Below, in pieces: positions 45,320-54,273 of a DNA stretch of 64,000 nucleotides. A program made the position numbers and the translations under genes. The notes under the pieces are model-generated. The model worked only from the letters and a program-made list of their open reading frames with translations. It searched no databases and was not told the origin of the DNA. Origin of the DNA: Actinomycetota bacterium (GTDB lineage Bacteria; Actinomycetota; Thermoleophilia; RBG-16-64-13); NCBI GenBank assembly GCA_012729575.1, contig JAAYCW010000201.1:981-64980 (forward strand), in the 5' to 3' direction. Numbering within the stretch: position 1 is the stretch's first letter; each line of letters starts with the position of its first letter.

Positions 45320-45613
45320 ATGATAGCGAATTACGGATACGAGGATGGATCCGGCTTCTATTACATCACCATCGATGGTGATGTCTGTGCCGAGTGTGAG
45401 CACCACGGGTGTGTCACCGCATGTCCCCAAGGCGTGTACGCAATCGAGCTGGATGACTACGATGATCTCGTCGCCGTCGTGACCGAGAACGCCAGGAAGC
45501 GCCTCCGCGAGTTGTGCTCGCCCTGCAAAGGGCAGAACGGGAGCGGAGGCATCCAGCGCATCCTCCCCTGTACGAGTGCCTGCCCGAGGGGCGCACTTCG
45601 GCACAGCTGGTAG
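45320..45613 (+). CDS. small ferredoxin-like Cys-rich protein
   Basis: Two 4Fe-4S-like motifs (CAECEHHGCVTACP and CSPC...CTSACP). 97 aa, immediately after the activase. Confidence 0.45.
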   Translation: MIANYGYEDGSGFYYITIDGDVCAECEHHGCVTACPQGVYAIELDDYDDLVAVVTENARKRLRELCSPCKGQNGSGGIQRILPCTSACPRGALRHSW

Positions 45614-45635
45614 TGGGTATCGCGCCTCGTCTGGC

Positions 45636-46181
45636 ATGGATAAGGATGGCAAGGGTTCCGTCGACTGCGTGACGCTGGGTGTGCTGTCCGATACCCACGG
45701 TCATCTCCACACCGAGGTGCGAGAGGCACTGGTTGGCGTCGACCACATAGTGCACGCGGGCGATGTGGGCGGCCCTGAGGTCCTATCCGAGTTGCGGATG
45801 CTTGCGCCGGTTACGGCGGTGAGAGGCAACTGCGACCTGGATTCCTGGGCGGACGCACTGCCCGTCAGAGGTGAGTTGGAGCTAGCAGGTGTCCGCATCT
45901 TGGTCGGGCACATCGCGAATAGGCTGCGCGGCTGTCCCAACACGGACGGCTATGACCCAACTGCGGGATTCGCTGTGGTGATCACGGGTCACACTCACGT
46001 CGCGGCGCTCGAGAAGCGTGGAGGCGTGCTGTATCTCAACCCCGGCTCCGCGGGCCCGACCCGGTTCGGGCGCCCTCGCACCGTCGCCCGTGTCACTATT
46101 AGACCAGATCGCACCCACGGACCTGGACACCACCGGTACCAGGTACGCATTGATGCCGAGATCATCACGGTCTTGGACTGA
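45636..46181 (+). CDS. YfcE/MJ0936-family metallophosphoesterase
   Basis: Motifs GVLSDTHG, HAGDVGG, GHTHV. About 180 aa. Confidence 0.75.
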   Translation: MDKDGKGSVDCVTLGVLSDTHGHLHTEVREALVGVDHIVHAGDVGGPEVLSELRMLAPVTAVRGNCDLDSWADALPVRGELELAGVRILVGHIANRLRGCPNTDGYDPTAGFAVVITGHTHVAALEKRGGVLYLNPGSAGPTRFGRPRTVARVTIRPDRTHGPGHHRYQVRIDAEIITVLD

Positions 46182-46263
46182 TGGACCAGGCAGAGTGACG
46201 AGGCGCTCCCCTTGTCGGAAACGACGAGGGGAGCGCCTCGGTCAGAACGGTCGTCAGTCGGCC

Positions 46264-47478
46264 CTATAGACTCCGGGCCACGTGAGTGGTCAGCTCACCC
46301 AGCCGGTAGGTGTAGCTACCCATCTCGTTGTCATACCAGCCGAAGACCTTCACGTGGGTGAGCGGCACGCGATGCTCTCCGCAGATTCCCGGGAGCTTCA
46401 GGTCGACGAAGCCGGTGCGGGTGTGGGTCTCGATCCCCTCGATTACAACGGCCGCGTCCTCACCAAGCATGTCGGCCGACACGTTCTGTTCGTCACTGTA
46501 CTTGACTAATCCGCGCGCCTCTCCCTCAGCCGCTTCTCTGTAGATGGCGTTGATGTCGTCACGATCGACCGAGACGGTTCCATCCGGCGATGCTTCGGTC
46601 TGGAAGGTCACATTGAGGATGATCAGGCTCACACTTGCTGTAGGTATGCGGACTGAATCGGCCATGAAGCCTATCTGCGCGATCTCAGGCATGACCTGCT
46701 CGAGAGCTTTGGCAGCGTTGGTCGAAGTGATGATGACGTTGTTCAGTCCCGACCGGGTCTTACGAAGATCGCTTGCTCCCGAGCCGGGGACGGCATCGAG
46801 GACGGGTTGGCTGTTTGTGACCGCATGGACCGTGCTCATGCCGGCAGTGAGCATGTTGCGGGTGAGGTCGCGGGCGAGGAGGGGCCGCATCATATGGGCG
46901 AGGGCTGTAGTGGTACAGGAGGCGGCAGATACGAGTTTGTGCTTCCCCGGGTCGAAATCGAGGTGGTTGATCCCATGGATCAGGATGGCCGCGTCTTCCG
47001 GCGTCGGCACCCCTTTGACTTTGCTCTTGAAGGGAGCACTCAACAAGACGGCCCGCGCACCGGCTGCCAAGTGGCCTCGGACCGAGCCTTTGGCGGAATC
47101 GACCTCTGCATGTGGGTCGAGGAACTTGCCGGTGCAGTCCACCACCAGATTGACACCATGATCGCGCCAGGGGATATCTTTCGGATTCCTGACTTCCCTG
47201 AGGAAGACGATCTCCCTGCCGTGGGCGCGGAGCACGCCGGTTGACTCGTCGATCACCTTGACGTCGGGCCGGCCTCTGTGTCCGTCTAGATAGCGGTGCA
47301 GCGGCCCGTAGGTGCTGTCTTTGGCAACGTACTCTGCTATGGATTCAAGTGATGTTCCCACCTGACGGCCGACGTTGACCACAAACCGATCGAACCCCTC
47401 GTGGCCAAGGTGGTACCAGAGGGTCAATTTGCCGATCCGGCCTAGACCATTGATGCCCAACGTTCTTGGAGCGCTCAT
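46264..47478 (-). CDS. glyceraldehyde-3-phosphate dehydrogenase family protein, atypical long form (404 aa)
   Basis: NAD fold GINGLGRIGK. Catalytic Cys context ASCTTTALAH. STNAAKAL and C-terminal WYDNEMGSY match GAPDH. Contains insertions relative to the 335-aa canonical enzyme. Confidence 0.7.
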   Translation of the reverse strand: MSAPRTLGINGLGRIGKLTLWYHLGHEGFDRFVVNVGRQVGTSLESIAEYVAKDSTYGPLHRYLDGHRGRPDVKVIDESTGVLRAHGREIVFLREVRNPKDIPWRDHGVNLVVDCTGKFLDPHAEVDSAKGSVRGHLAAGARAVLLSAPFKSKVKGVPTPEDAAILIHGINHLDFDPGKHKLVSAASCTTTALAHMMRPLLARDLTRNMLTAGMSTVHAVTNSQPVLDAVPGSGASDLRKTRSGLNNVIITSTNAAKALEQVMPEIAQIGFMADSVRIPTASVSLIILNVTFQTEASPDGTVSVDRDDINAIYREAAEGEARGLVKYSDEQNVSADMLGEDAAVVIEGIETHTRTGFVDLKLPGICGEHRVPLTHVKVFGWYDNEMGSYTYRLGELTTHVARSL

Positions 47479-47539
47479 CCGTATCCCTTTCTCTTAGGTC
47501 GGGTGGTTATGAACACTTACATCGCTCTACTTACACCGC

Positions 47540-50500
47540 TCATGGCGACGACGAGGTACGCTTCCGCATGGGTACGCAGCCAAGGAAAATGTTGCCCGTA
47601 CGGCCGTCTACCGACAGCCAGTCCCCCGCTCTTATCTCAGTGCCGGCCAAACGAGCTATTCCCGGTTGTTCCAGCACCTCCAAGGCGCGGCAATCAACAA
47701 CGGCCGTCTTACCGAGACGTTTAGCGGTGACGGCGGCGTGTGACGTGGATCCACCTCGGGCGGTGAGCAGCCCGGAGACCCTAGTGATCATAGCAATGTC
47801 CTCGGGGACTGTGTCGGGCCGTAGGAGTACGATCCTGTCCTCTGGTGCCTCCTCAATGAGGCGGTCGATTTGCTCCATATTGATGGCCACCCGGCCGCAG
47901 AAGGCCCCGCCGGCTACCCCCATCCCCACTGCGACAGGGGGTCCGTACCTGGGCGATGACACGTCGAAGAAGGGGGCGTCCGCTTGTGGCTCGTGCACCA
48001 TGGCGCGCTTCTGGAGGATGTAGAGATCGTCTCCCGAAGCCGACTCAAAGGTGAACTCTATCTCCTGAGGGTCATGCTCTCGCTTCGCCACGAGGTCACG
48101 GGCTACTTCGAGTAGTCGTCCGTAGACCTGCGGGTAGTCTTTTTCCAGTGAGTGCTCTATTCCCTGGTACGTTGGGCTACCAAGCCGCTGGGCCTCCGAG
48201 ACGGGCCACGGGAACACCAAACCCCCGACTAGGTCCTCTCCCTGGCTGCGGACGGTGAAGTCTCCGAAAAGGCGGACCTGGCTGCTGTAGGGCTCTAGTG
48301 GGTTGCGGGTGAATGTCACCCCGGACCCTGACTCGCGGCTGAGGTTTCCGAACACCATCTGTTGGACAACCACGGCCGTGCCCCATTCTGGGGCTACGCC
48401 CAAGTATCGACGGTACAGCCTGGCTTCAGGCGAATCCCATGAATCGAGGACCTTCTGTACGCAGCCCACGACTTGGCGGAAGGGATCGTCCATGAACCTC
48501 ACCCCCATGTCCTTTGCCCGGGCCTTGTACGCGAAAGCCAGTTCTCGCATATGCTCAGGCGTGAAGTCGAGTTTGCGCTCAATCCCGTACCGAATCTTGA
48601 ACTCGTTCATCATGGCGTCAAAGATGTCGCGGTCGATGCCCGCGGACATGGCCCAAGACTGTAGGAATCGCCGGTACGAGTCCCAGGCCGCCCAGTCGAA
48701 GCCCTGTTTACGAGAGAGAGCCTCCGCCAGCTTGTCGTTCAACCCCACGTCGACGAAGGTCGACATGAGCCCCGGCATGGAGATCGCTGCGCCGGAACGG
48801 ATGGAGAGAGTGAGCAAACGCGCAGGGTCGCCAAGCCGGAGTCCCGTCTCCTTCTCCAGCCGGGAGATGGCCGCTCGGATTCTCTCAAGAGTGTCATCGA
48901 ATAGAGGCCGGTACTTCATCGCGGGTCGGGCGCTGAATAGCTCGGTCGCGAGGATGAAACCGCGCGGAACCTGGTGGCCGTAAGAGGCCATCTGCTTGAG
49001 TCCGAGGCCCTTAAAACCCAGCGTCATCTGGTCGTCGACACTAGGTCTGGGTTCGTGGATGGGTGAGATGAGACGCTCCGGGTCGTAGTTCATCATGCGG
49101 GTGAGAGCGTGATTGCTCAGGCGCCCGGTGAGCGTGGAGATCTGCCGAAGAGCCGCCGATACATAGCGGTCGAGAGCCTGCATACCCAGTGCCGATACCA
49201 GCACCTCGCGCAGTACCATCTCGGATACGGCATCCAGTGACATGCCGCGTATCTCGCACTGTCGGGGATCGTGCTCGAGCACGGTATGTAGCACTTGGTC
49301 ATGGCTCAAGATCGAAGTGCGGGAAAGCTCGGTCACCGATCCGACTATGAACTGGAACACATTCCTGTATTGATGGAATGTGAAGTTGTAACTGCTCAGG
49401 CCGGATTCGAGTAGACGGAGGTTCGCCGCCAAGCTCCGGGAGTCGACGCCGTCGGCGGCCAGAGCGCGAACGAACCGGTGGATCTTGGCCGCCATGCGCC
49501 GCAGCGTGTCCCGGGTGACGTAGGAGTAGGTACTGTCCGCGACCAGGTCCTCGAGGAGACGCGCTACCAGTCTTTCCACCCGGAAGGATAGTCCGAGCGC
49601 GTCGAACTTCGGTTCCGTGTAGGTGCCGTACATCGACGGGATCCCGGCTGCGATGTGGCGTTTCTGGTATATGTTCTCGACTGCCGAGGAGGGCGCGGGG
49701 TCCAGGATGATCGTCTGCAGGTTTTCGAGGACCTTGAGGGCGGCATCGAGCAGACGCTCTCGCGTGGACTCCCGGGGCCTCTTCTGCCATGCAGTGAGAG
49801 CCTTGGTGAAGGCGCTACGGGTCGCCGAGTCAAGTCGCAGATGCTGCTTTACTGCCGCTCCGACGTCAGCCGCCGACAGAGAGTACTTCTGCGCGAGCAG
49901 TTGGTGCGTGCGGACCATGAGGCTGACCCGCCTGGGCCCCTGGGAATCCGAGTCCTTGCCCGGCGGAAGTTGGGCAAGTAGTTCTTCAAGGGTCGCGACC
50001 TGCATTCTGATGAGACGATCGAGGAACGCCTCTACGTCTGGGGATGGTGTCTCCACGGCGGCGGTCTGGGGAGTCCGGCCCTCCATCCTGGCCAGTAGAC
50101 TCATCAGGACCTCGTGCGGCTCCTCGGCCCATTTCTGTTCTCTCTTCACAGCAGCCAGCGTGTTCGCCGACAAGTACGAGGCGAGCCCGGAAGGGTCGAG
50201 AGTGGCCCAGTAGGTGAGGACGGCGCGGGAAAACGCGACAAGCCGGTTGGACGACTCTGCGTGAGATTGCTTGCGGAGGAAGTGCATGAGGGTATCTTGC
50301 CGGCCGCAGATCTCGTCCAGCTCGGTCGAGACGGCCCGGAGTTCACCCTCGGCACCGACATCGTTGAAGTAGACCGGGAAGGCCCGCAGAAGTTGCTTCG
50401 CGACAAAGTAAATGGGTCGAATGTCGGCGTTGAGGAAGCGGGTCACATCCCGTTGAAAGAGGTCGGTGTCGGCGATGTAGACGCCTCCCAGGCGCAACTG

Positions 50501-51739
50501 TACGTTGAGCGCAGCCGCAAGCCTCTCGTAAAGGGCAGGGTTGGCCTCGATGATGTGCATCCAACACCTGATCTTAGGCAGGTGAAACGGGTTGACGACG
50601 GTCTCCCAGTCGTCGGTAGCGCCTTGGATGTCAGGGTACTGGAAGCGCCAGGAGAGGACGTCCTCTATCAAGTGGTCGGCTGCGGCCACGTTACCGGCTT
50701 CGCCGATGGCCACGCCGATGGCCTCATAACACAGGAAGCGCATGAGCAGGAATTGATTGTCCCGCGCTCGGAAGAACCGGGTCAGGCGGCTGAGGATCCG
50801 GTCGACATCCATGTGCCTCTCCGGCTTCATGAGCTGGCGCACGACGGCAAGCAGGTCGACCATCACTTCGTTCTGGCGATAGCCAAGAGTGTCATCCTTG
50901 AGGAAATACAGACAGACTGCGAAGCGGTCCTCGAGATTGTCGATTCGGAACACTTGGTTGATCGCTCCATCGAGGATCTCTGAGAAAGTGGGGAGCTCGG
51001 GGGACAGAAGCTCATCCGCTGCAACTGCCTCAGCTCTCTTTACTAGATCGGCCACCCTCTTGGGCGCCAGATCGGTGAAGCTGGAGGCTACAGCGTCACG
51101 GTCGGTGAGCTCGGCCTCTCCAGAAAGAGCCCACTCAGGTATGGGTAGGCGCTCGGCGACCCTTCGGTAGCCGAGGAGAAGAAGTGAACGGTAGAGCTCC
51201 GAGTAGGCGGTCGAGAGGACCGGACGCCGACCGGCGGCTTCGACAAGGCCCCGCAGCAGTGTGTCTCGCTCCAGAGCCGCAAGTGGTTGGAGCGGTACGA
51301 ATCGGGCTAGGCAGTCTGCGATATTCAGCAGAGGCTCATCGTATTCTTCCGAATGAGGACCGGTCAGGGCGGCCGTACACCAAGCGAGAAGTTGTCTCAG
51401 CAAGAGAGAAGCCTGTTGGGAGCTGAGGGGTGTGTCCAGCAGGTCCAGCATCAGTTCTGAGAGCAGAGTGAAGGCCTCGCGCCGATTCTCCGAGCGCTCG
51501 AAGTAGGTCCAATTCCTCAGCAGGATCGTCTGAAAACCATCGATCAGCAGATCCGCGTTGCGATAGCTGTGGAAGTATTCGGCCAAAGTCTCAGCCAGGG
51601 GCACGCGCACACCGTGGTATCCCTCCACCGCCTTCAGCAGGGGCTTGTAGCGATCAGGGATCACGGCCGGCTGAGCGGTCCCGGGGAGATTGGCCCTGAG
51701 AGCGTCTGAGTCGACCAGCGTTTCGATCGGGTCCATCAT
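47540..51739 (-). CDS. 1399-aa multidomain protein: ~860-aa N-terminal region of unknown function, then a PPDK/PEP-synthase-type ATP-grasp nucleotide-binding domain, then a PEP-utilising-enzyme phosphohistidine swivel domain; no PEP/pyruvate TIM barrel
   Basis: PPDK_N-like segment starts at about residue 880 (GFKGLGLKQMASYGHQVPRGFILATELF ... RSGAAISMPGLMSTFVDVGLND). Mobile His domain (LLTARGGSTSHAAVTAKRLGKTAVV) at the C-terminus. The N-terminal 860 aa are Leu/Ala-rich helical with no recognisable motif. Confidence 0.7.
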   Translation of the reverse strand: MMDPIETLVDSDALRANLPGTAQPAVIPDRYKPLLKAVEGYHGVRVPLAETLAEYFHSYRNADLLIDGFQTILLRNWTYFERSENRREAFTLLSELMLDLLDTPLSSQQASLLLRQLLAWCTAALTGPHSEEYDEPLLNIADCLARFVPLQPLAALERDTLLRGLVEAAGRRPVLSTAYSELYRSLLLLGYRRVAERLPIPEWALSGEAELTDRDAVASSFTDLAPKRVADLVKRAEAVAADELLSPELPTFSEILDGAINQVFRIDNLEDRFAVCLYFLKDDTLGYRQNEVMVDLLAVVRQLMKPERHMDVDRILSRLTRFFRARDNQFLLMRFLCYEAIGVAIGEAGNVAAADHLIEDVLSWRFQYPDIQGATDDWETVVNPFHLPKIRCWMHIIEANPALYERLAAALNVQLRLGGVYIADTDLFQRDVTRFLNADIRPIYFVAKQLLRAFPVYFNDVGAEGELRAVSTELDEICGRQDTLMHFLRKQSHAESSNRLVAFSRAVLTYWATLDPSGLASYLSANTLAAVKREQKWAEEPHEVLMSLLARMEGRTPQTAAVETPSPDVEAFLDRLIRMQVATLEELLAQLPPGKDSDSQGPRRVSLMVRTHQLLAQKYSLSAADVGAAVKQHLRLDSATRSAFTKALTAWQKRPRESTRERLLDAALKVLENLQTIILDPAPSSAVENIYQKRHIAAGIPSMYGTYTEPKFDALGLSFRVERLVARLLEDLVADSTYSYVTRDTLRRMAAKIHRFVRALAADGVDSRSLAANLRLLESGLSSYNFTFHQYRNVFQFIVGSVTELSRTSILSHDQVLHTVLEHDPRQCEIRGMSLDAVSEMVLREVLVSALGMQALDRYVSAALRQISTLTGRLSNHALTRMMNYDPERLISPIHEPRPSVDDQMTLGFKGLGLKQMASYGHQVPRGFILATELFSARPAMKYRPLFDDTLERIRAAISRLEKETGLRLGDPARLLTLSIRSGAAISMPGLMSTFVDVGLNDKLAEALSRKQGFDWAAWDSYRRFLQSWAMSAGIDRDIFDAMMNEFKIRYGIERKLDFTPEHMRELAFAYKARAKDMGVRFMDDPFRQVVGCVQKVLDSWDSPEARLYRRYLGVAPEWGTAVVVQQMVFGNLSRESGSGVTFTRNPLEPYSSQVRLFGDFTVRSQGEDLVGGLVFPWPVSEAQRLGSPTYQGIEHSLEKDYPQVYGRLLEVARDLVAKREHDPQEIEFTFESASGDDLYILQKRAMVHEPQADAPFFDVSSPRYGPPVAVGMGVAGGAFCGRVAINMEQIDRLIEEAPEDRIVLLRPDTVPEDIAMITRVSGLLTARGGSTSHAAVTAKRLGKTAVVDCRALEVLEQPGIARLAGTEIRAGDWLSVDGRTGNIFLGCVPMRKRTSSSP

Positions 51740-53064
51740 TCTTCCTGCCGTTCGAGTGCGGACTCTGTGTCCTGCTCCTCCTCCAACTCGCTGCTGCCCT
51801 CTGCCTCCTCATCAAGACGGGTGAGGAGCACCCGGCAGATGCGCATACCGTCGACCTCGAGCACCTTAGCGTGGAAGTTGCCCACCTGAGCCTCGTCCCC
51901 CACTTGGGGACGGCGCTGCAACTGTTCAAAAACCCGGCCTCCCAGAGTTGGGAAGCCCTCCTCGGGGATCTGCAGACCCAGAGTTTCCTCCAAGTACTCG
52001 ATACGGGCGGCGCCGTCCACCGAATAACTGCCGTTGTCGTTGCTCTCCACCTCGGGCGCTTCCAAGTCGAATTCGTCTTGAACCTCACCGATGAGTTCCT
52101 CCACGACATCTTGGATGGTCACGATCCCGGCGGTACCGCCGTGCTCGTCCACGACGATTATGAGTGGGGTACGGGTACTCTGGAAGCGCTGGAGAGCCAC
52201 CTCGATGTTGGATGTCTCCGCGATGAAGCCGATGGGGCGCAGCAGGCGGCGCAGAGCGGCGTCGCGGGGAGCCCGGTATAGGTCTTTGACGTGCACGTAC
52301 CCGACGATGTTGTCCACATCCTCTTCGTATACGGGATAGCGTGTATGGTTGGTCTCTGCGATGTCGTCAATAGCTTGGGCGACCGTGAGCGATGTGGGCA
52401 GGGCAGCCATCTCGGTCCGGGGCACCATGATCTCGGTGACCGTTTGGTCACCGAATGTCAAAGCGCGGCGCATGAGCGTCTGCTCCACCTCGTCAATGTG
52501 TCCCACTTCCTGGCTGGCTTCTATGATCATCCGCAGCTCCTCCTCGGAATGGGCGAGCTCGCGTTCTGAGGCGGGCTTGATATGGAAGATCCTGAGAATG
52601 CCCGCCGCCGATGCGTACATGAGCCAGGTGATGGGCTTCGTGATCAGGTAGACCCAGCGTAGGGGCATGGCGACGAACAGTGCAGACCCCTCCGCCTTAC
52701 GGATCGCCACGGACTTGGGCACCAGCTCTCCGAAGATGATGGTAAGGAAGGTTACGAGAACGAAGGCGATCGCGGCCGCGGCCACAGGGTTCATGACGAT
52801 GCCGAAGACATCTGAAAACGCCTCGGCTCCCAGCCAGCCCAATCCCATACTGGCGACTGTGACCCCCAGCTGGGTCGCCGAGAGATACGCGTCGAGGTGG
52901 TTGACGATGTGGTTGGCTACCCGTGCCCGTTTGTTGCCGGTCGCTGAGAGTTCGGCCATCCGTGTGTCGCGGACTTTGACGATGGCGAACTCAGCCAGAA
53001 CGAAGAATGCGTTGACCATCACCAGCAGAAAGACGCCGATGATTTTGACGGCAGTCGGGTTCAT
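51736..53064 (-). CDS. CNNM/CorC-HlyC family transporter (DUF21 TM domain, CBS pair, CorC_HlyC)
   Basis: Four N-terminal TM helices (DUF21). Tandem CBS domains. C-terminal transporter-associated domain. ATGA overlap with the downstream 1399-aa gene. Confidence 0.85.
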   Translation of the reverse strand: MNPTAVKIIGVFLLVMVNAFFVLAEFAIVKVRDTRMAELSATGNKRARVANHIVNHLDAYLSATQLGVTVASMGLGWLGAEAFSDVFGIVMNPVAAAAIAFVLVTFLTIIFGELVPKSVAIRKAEGSALFVAMPLRWVYLITKPITWLMYASAAGILRIFHIKPASERELAHSEEELRMIIEASQEVGHIDEVEQTLMRRALTFGDQTVTEIMVPRTEMAALPTSLTVAQAIDDIAETNHTRYPVYEEDVDNIVGYVHVKDLYRAPRDAALRRLLRPIGFIAETSNIEVALQRFQSTRTPLIIVVDEHGGTAGIVTIQDVVEELIGEVQDEFDLEAPEVESNDNGSYSVDGAARIEYLEETLGLQIPEEGFPTLGGRVFEQLQRRPQVGDEAQVGNFHAKVLEVDGMRICRVLLTRLDEEAEGSSELEEEQDTESALERQEE

Positions 53065-53185
53065 CGGAAAATCACCCTGCTAACGGGCAGTGAGGGAGAG
53101 TGAAGACTGAGGGGATCGTCCTGCGTGTCCATTTTGCTACAAACAAGCATAGCATAAGCGGCCGATTCTCTAGGCGCAGGCCCTC

Positions 53186-53247
53186 GCGCCACGAAGGCTC
53201 TTGCACCACGGAGACCCCTACGCCACGTGAGCCTTTGCGCCATGGGG
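53186..53247. repeat. array of four imperfect direct repeats, GC[GA]CCA[CT]G core, spaced about 17 bp apart, in the upstream region of the CNNM operon
   Basis: gcgccacgaagg / gcaccacggag / acgccacgtgag / gcgccatgggg, read directly 120-180 bp upstream of the CNNM start codon. Confidence 0.5.
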
Positions 53248-53285
53248 CTTCCAGATGGCTGAATCACCATCGGGGTCGGCGTCGT

Positions 53286-54248
53286 TCAGCGTTTACGCGC
53301 AGAGTCCTCCAGCACGGGCTCAAGCAGCCCCCACGCTTCCTCAGCCGTCTCCACGAACGAGAAGATCTCCAGATCGCCCGGACTGATCACGCCTTCTTCG
53401 ACCAGGGCGGAGAAGTTGATGATCCGCTCCCAGTAGTCCCGACTGAAGAGGAGAACCGGGATGGGCTTGATCTTGCGAGTCTGGATGAGCGTGAGACCCT
53501 CGAATAACTCGTCGAGAGTCCCGAATCCCCCGGGGAAGACCACCAGGGCGATTGCGCGCATCATGAAGTGCATCTTGCGGAGAGCGAAGTAGTGGAAGTT
53601 GAAACACAGATAGGGGGTGATGTAAGGGTTAGGTCTCTGTTCAAAAGGCAGGACGATATTGAGGCCGACCGTCTCGGCTCCCACGTCGTCCGCGCCTCTG
53701 TTGGCGGCTTCCATAATGCCGGGGCCACCTCCGGTGACCACAACCGCTCGGTATGGGCCGTGTGCGGAACTCCGGGAACCAGCCTTGGCGGATGGTTGGA
53801 GTGATCCCGATATCATCTGCCCTAGTCGCCGGGCCTCCTCGTAATAGCTGCTCTTGGCGACGAGAGCTCGTGCGGTCCGCGCTCGGTCAGCAGCCGCCGG
53901 GTCGGCCGGGTTCTGAGCCGCCGCCTGTTCCGCCTCGGCCAAGAAAGCGGTGGCGTCCTCGGGAGCGGGGATGCGGGCACTGCCGAACATGACCACGGTA
54001 GCCCCGATGCCGCGGTCTCTCTGCAGGATCTCAGGTTTCAGATACTCCAGCTGCAGACGGGAGGCGCGAAGCTCGTCTCGCAACAAGAAATCAGGATCGG
54101 CGAATCCAAGTTTATAGGCGGCTGAACTGGTCTGCGGCGTCTCCGGATCGAGATCCGAATGCCGTCTGTCCTCCTCGGCGGAGGGGAAAGTCCTCGCGGG
54201 CTGTACCTTCTTTGAAGCTCGCTTTCGACCACGAAGTTGTTCTGCCAT
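53286..54248 (-). CDS. LOG-family (TIGR00730) nucleotide 5'-monophosphate nucleosidase, long form
   Basis: LOG motifs GGGPGIMEAANRGA and PGGFGTLDELFE. N-terminal extension of about 100 aa. Confidence 0.8.
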   Translation of the reverse strand: MAEQLRGRKRASKKVQPARTFPSAEEDRRHSDLDPETPQTSSAAYKLGFADPDFLLRDELRASRLQLEYLKPEILQRDRGIGATVVMFGSARIPAPEDATAFLAEAEQAAAQNPADPAAADRARTARALVAKSSYYEEARRLGQMISGSLQPSAKAGSRSSAHGPYRAVVVTGGGPGIMEAANRGADDVGAETVGLNIVLPFEQRPNPYITPYLCFNFHYFALRKMHFMMRAIALVVFPGGFGTLDELFEGLTLIQTRKIKPIPVLLFSRDYWERIINFSALVEEGVISPGDLEIFSFVETAEEAWGLLEPVLEDSARKR

Positions 54249-54273
54249 GCGCGTCTCTTTCTTTGAGGCGGTG

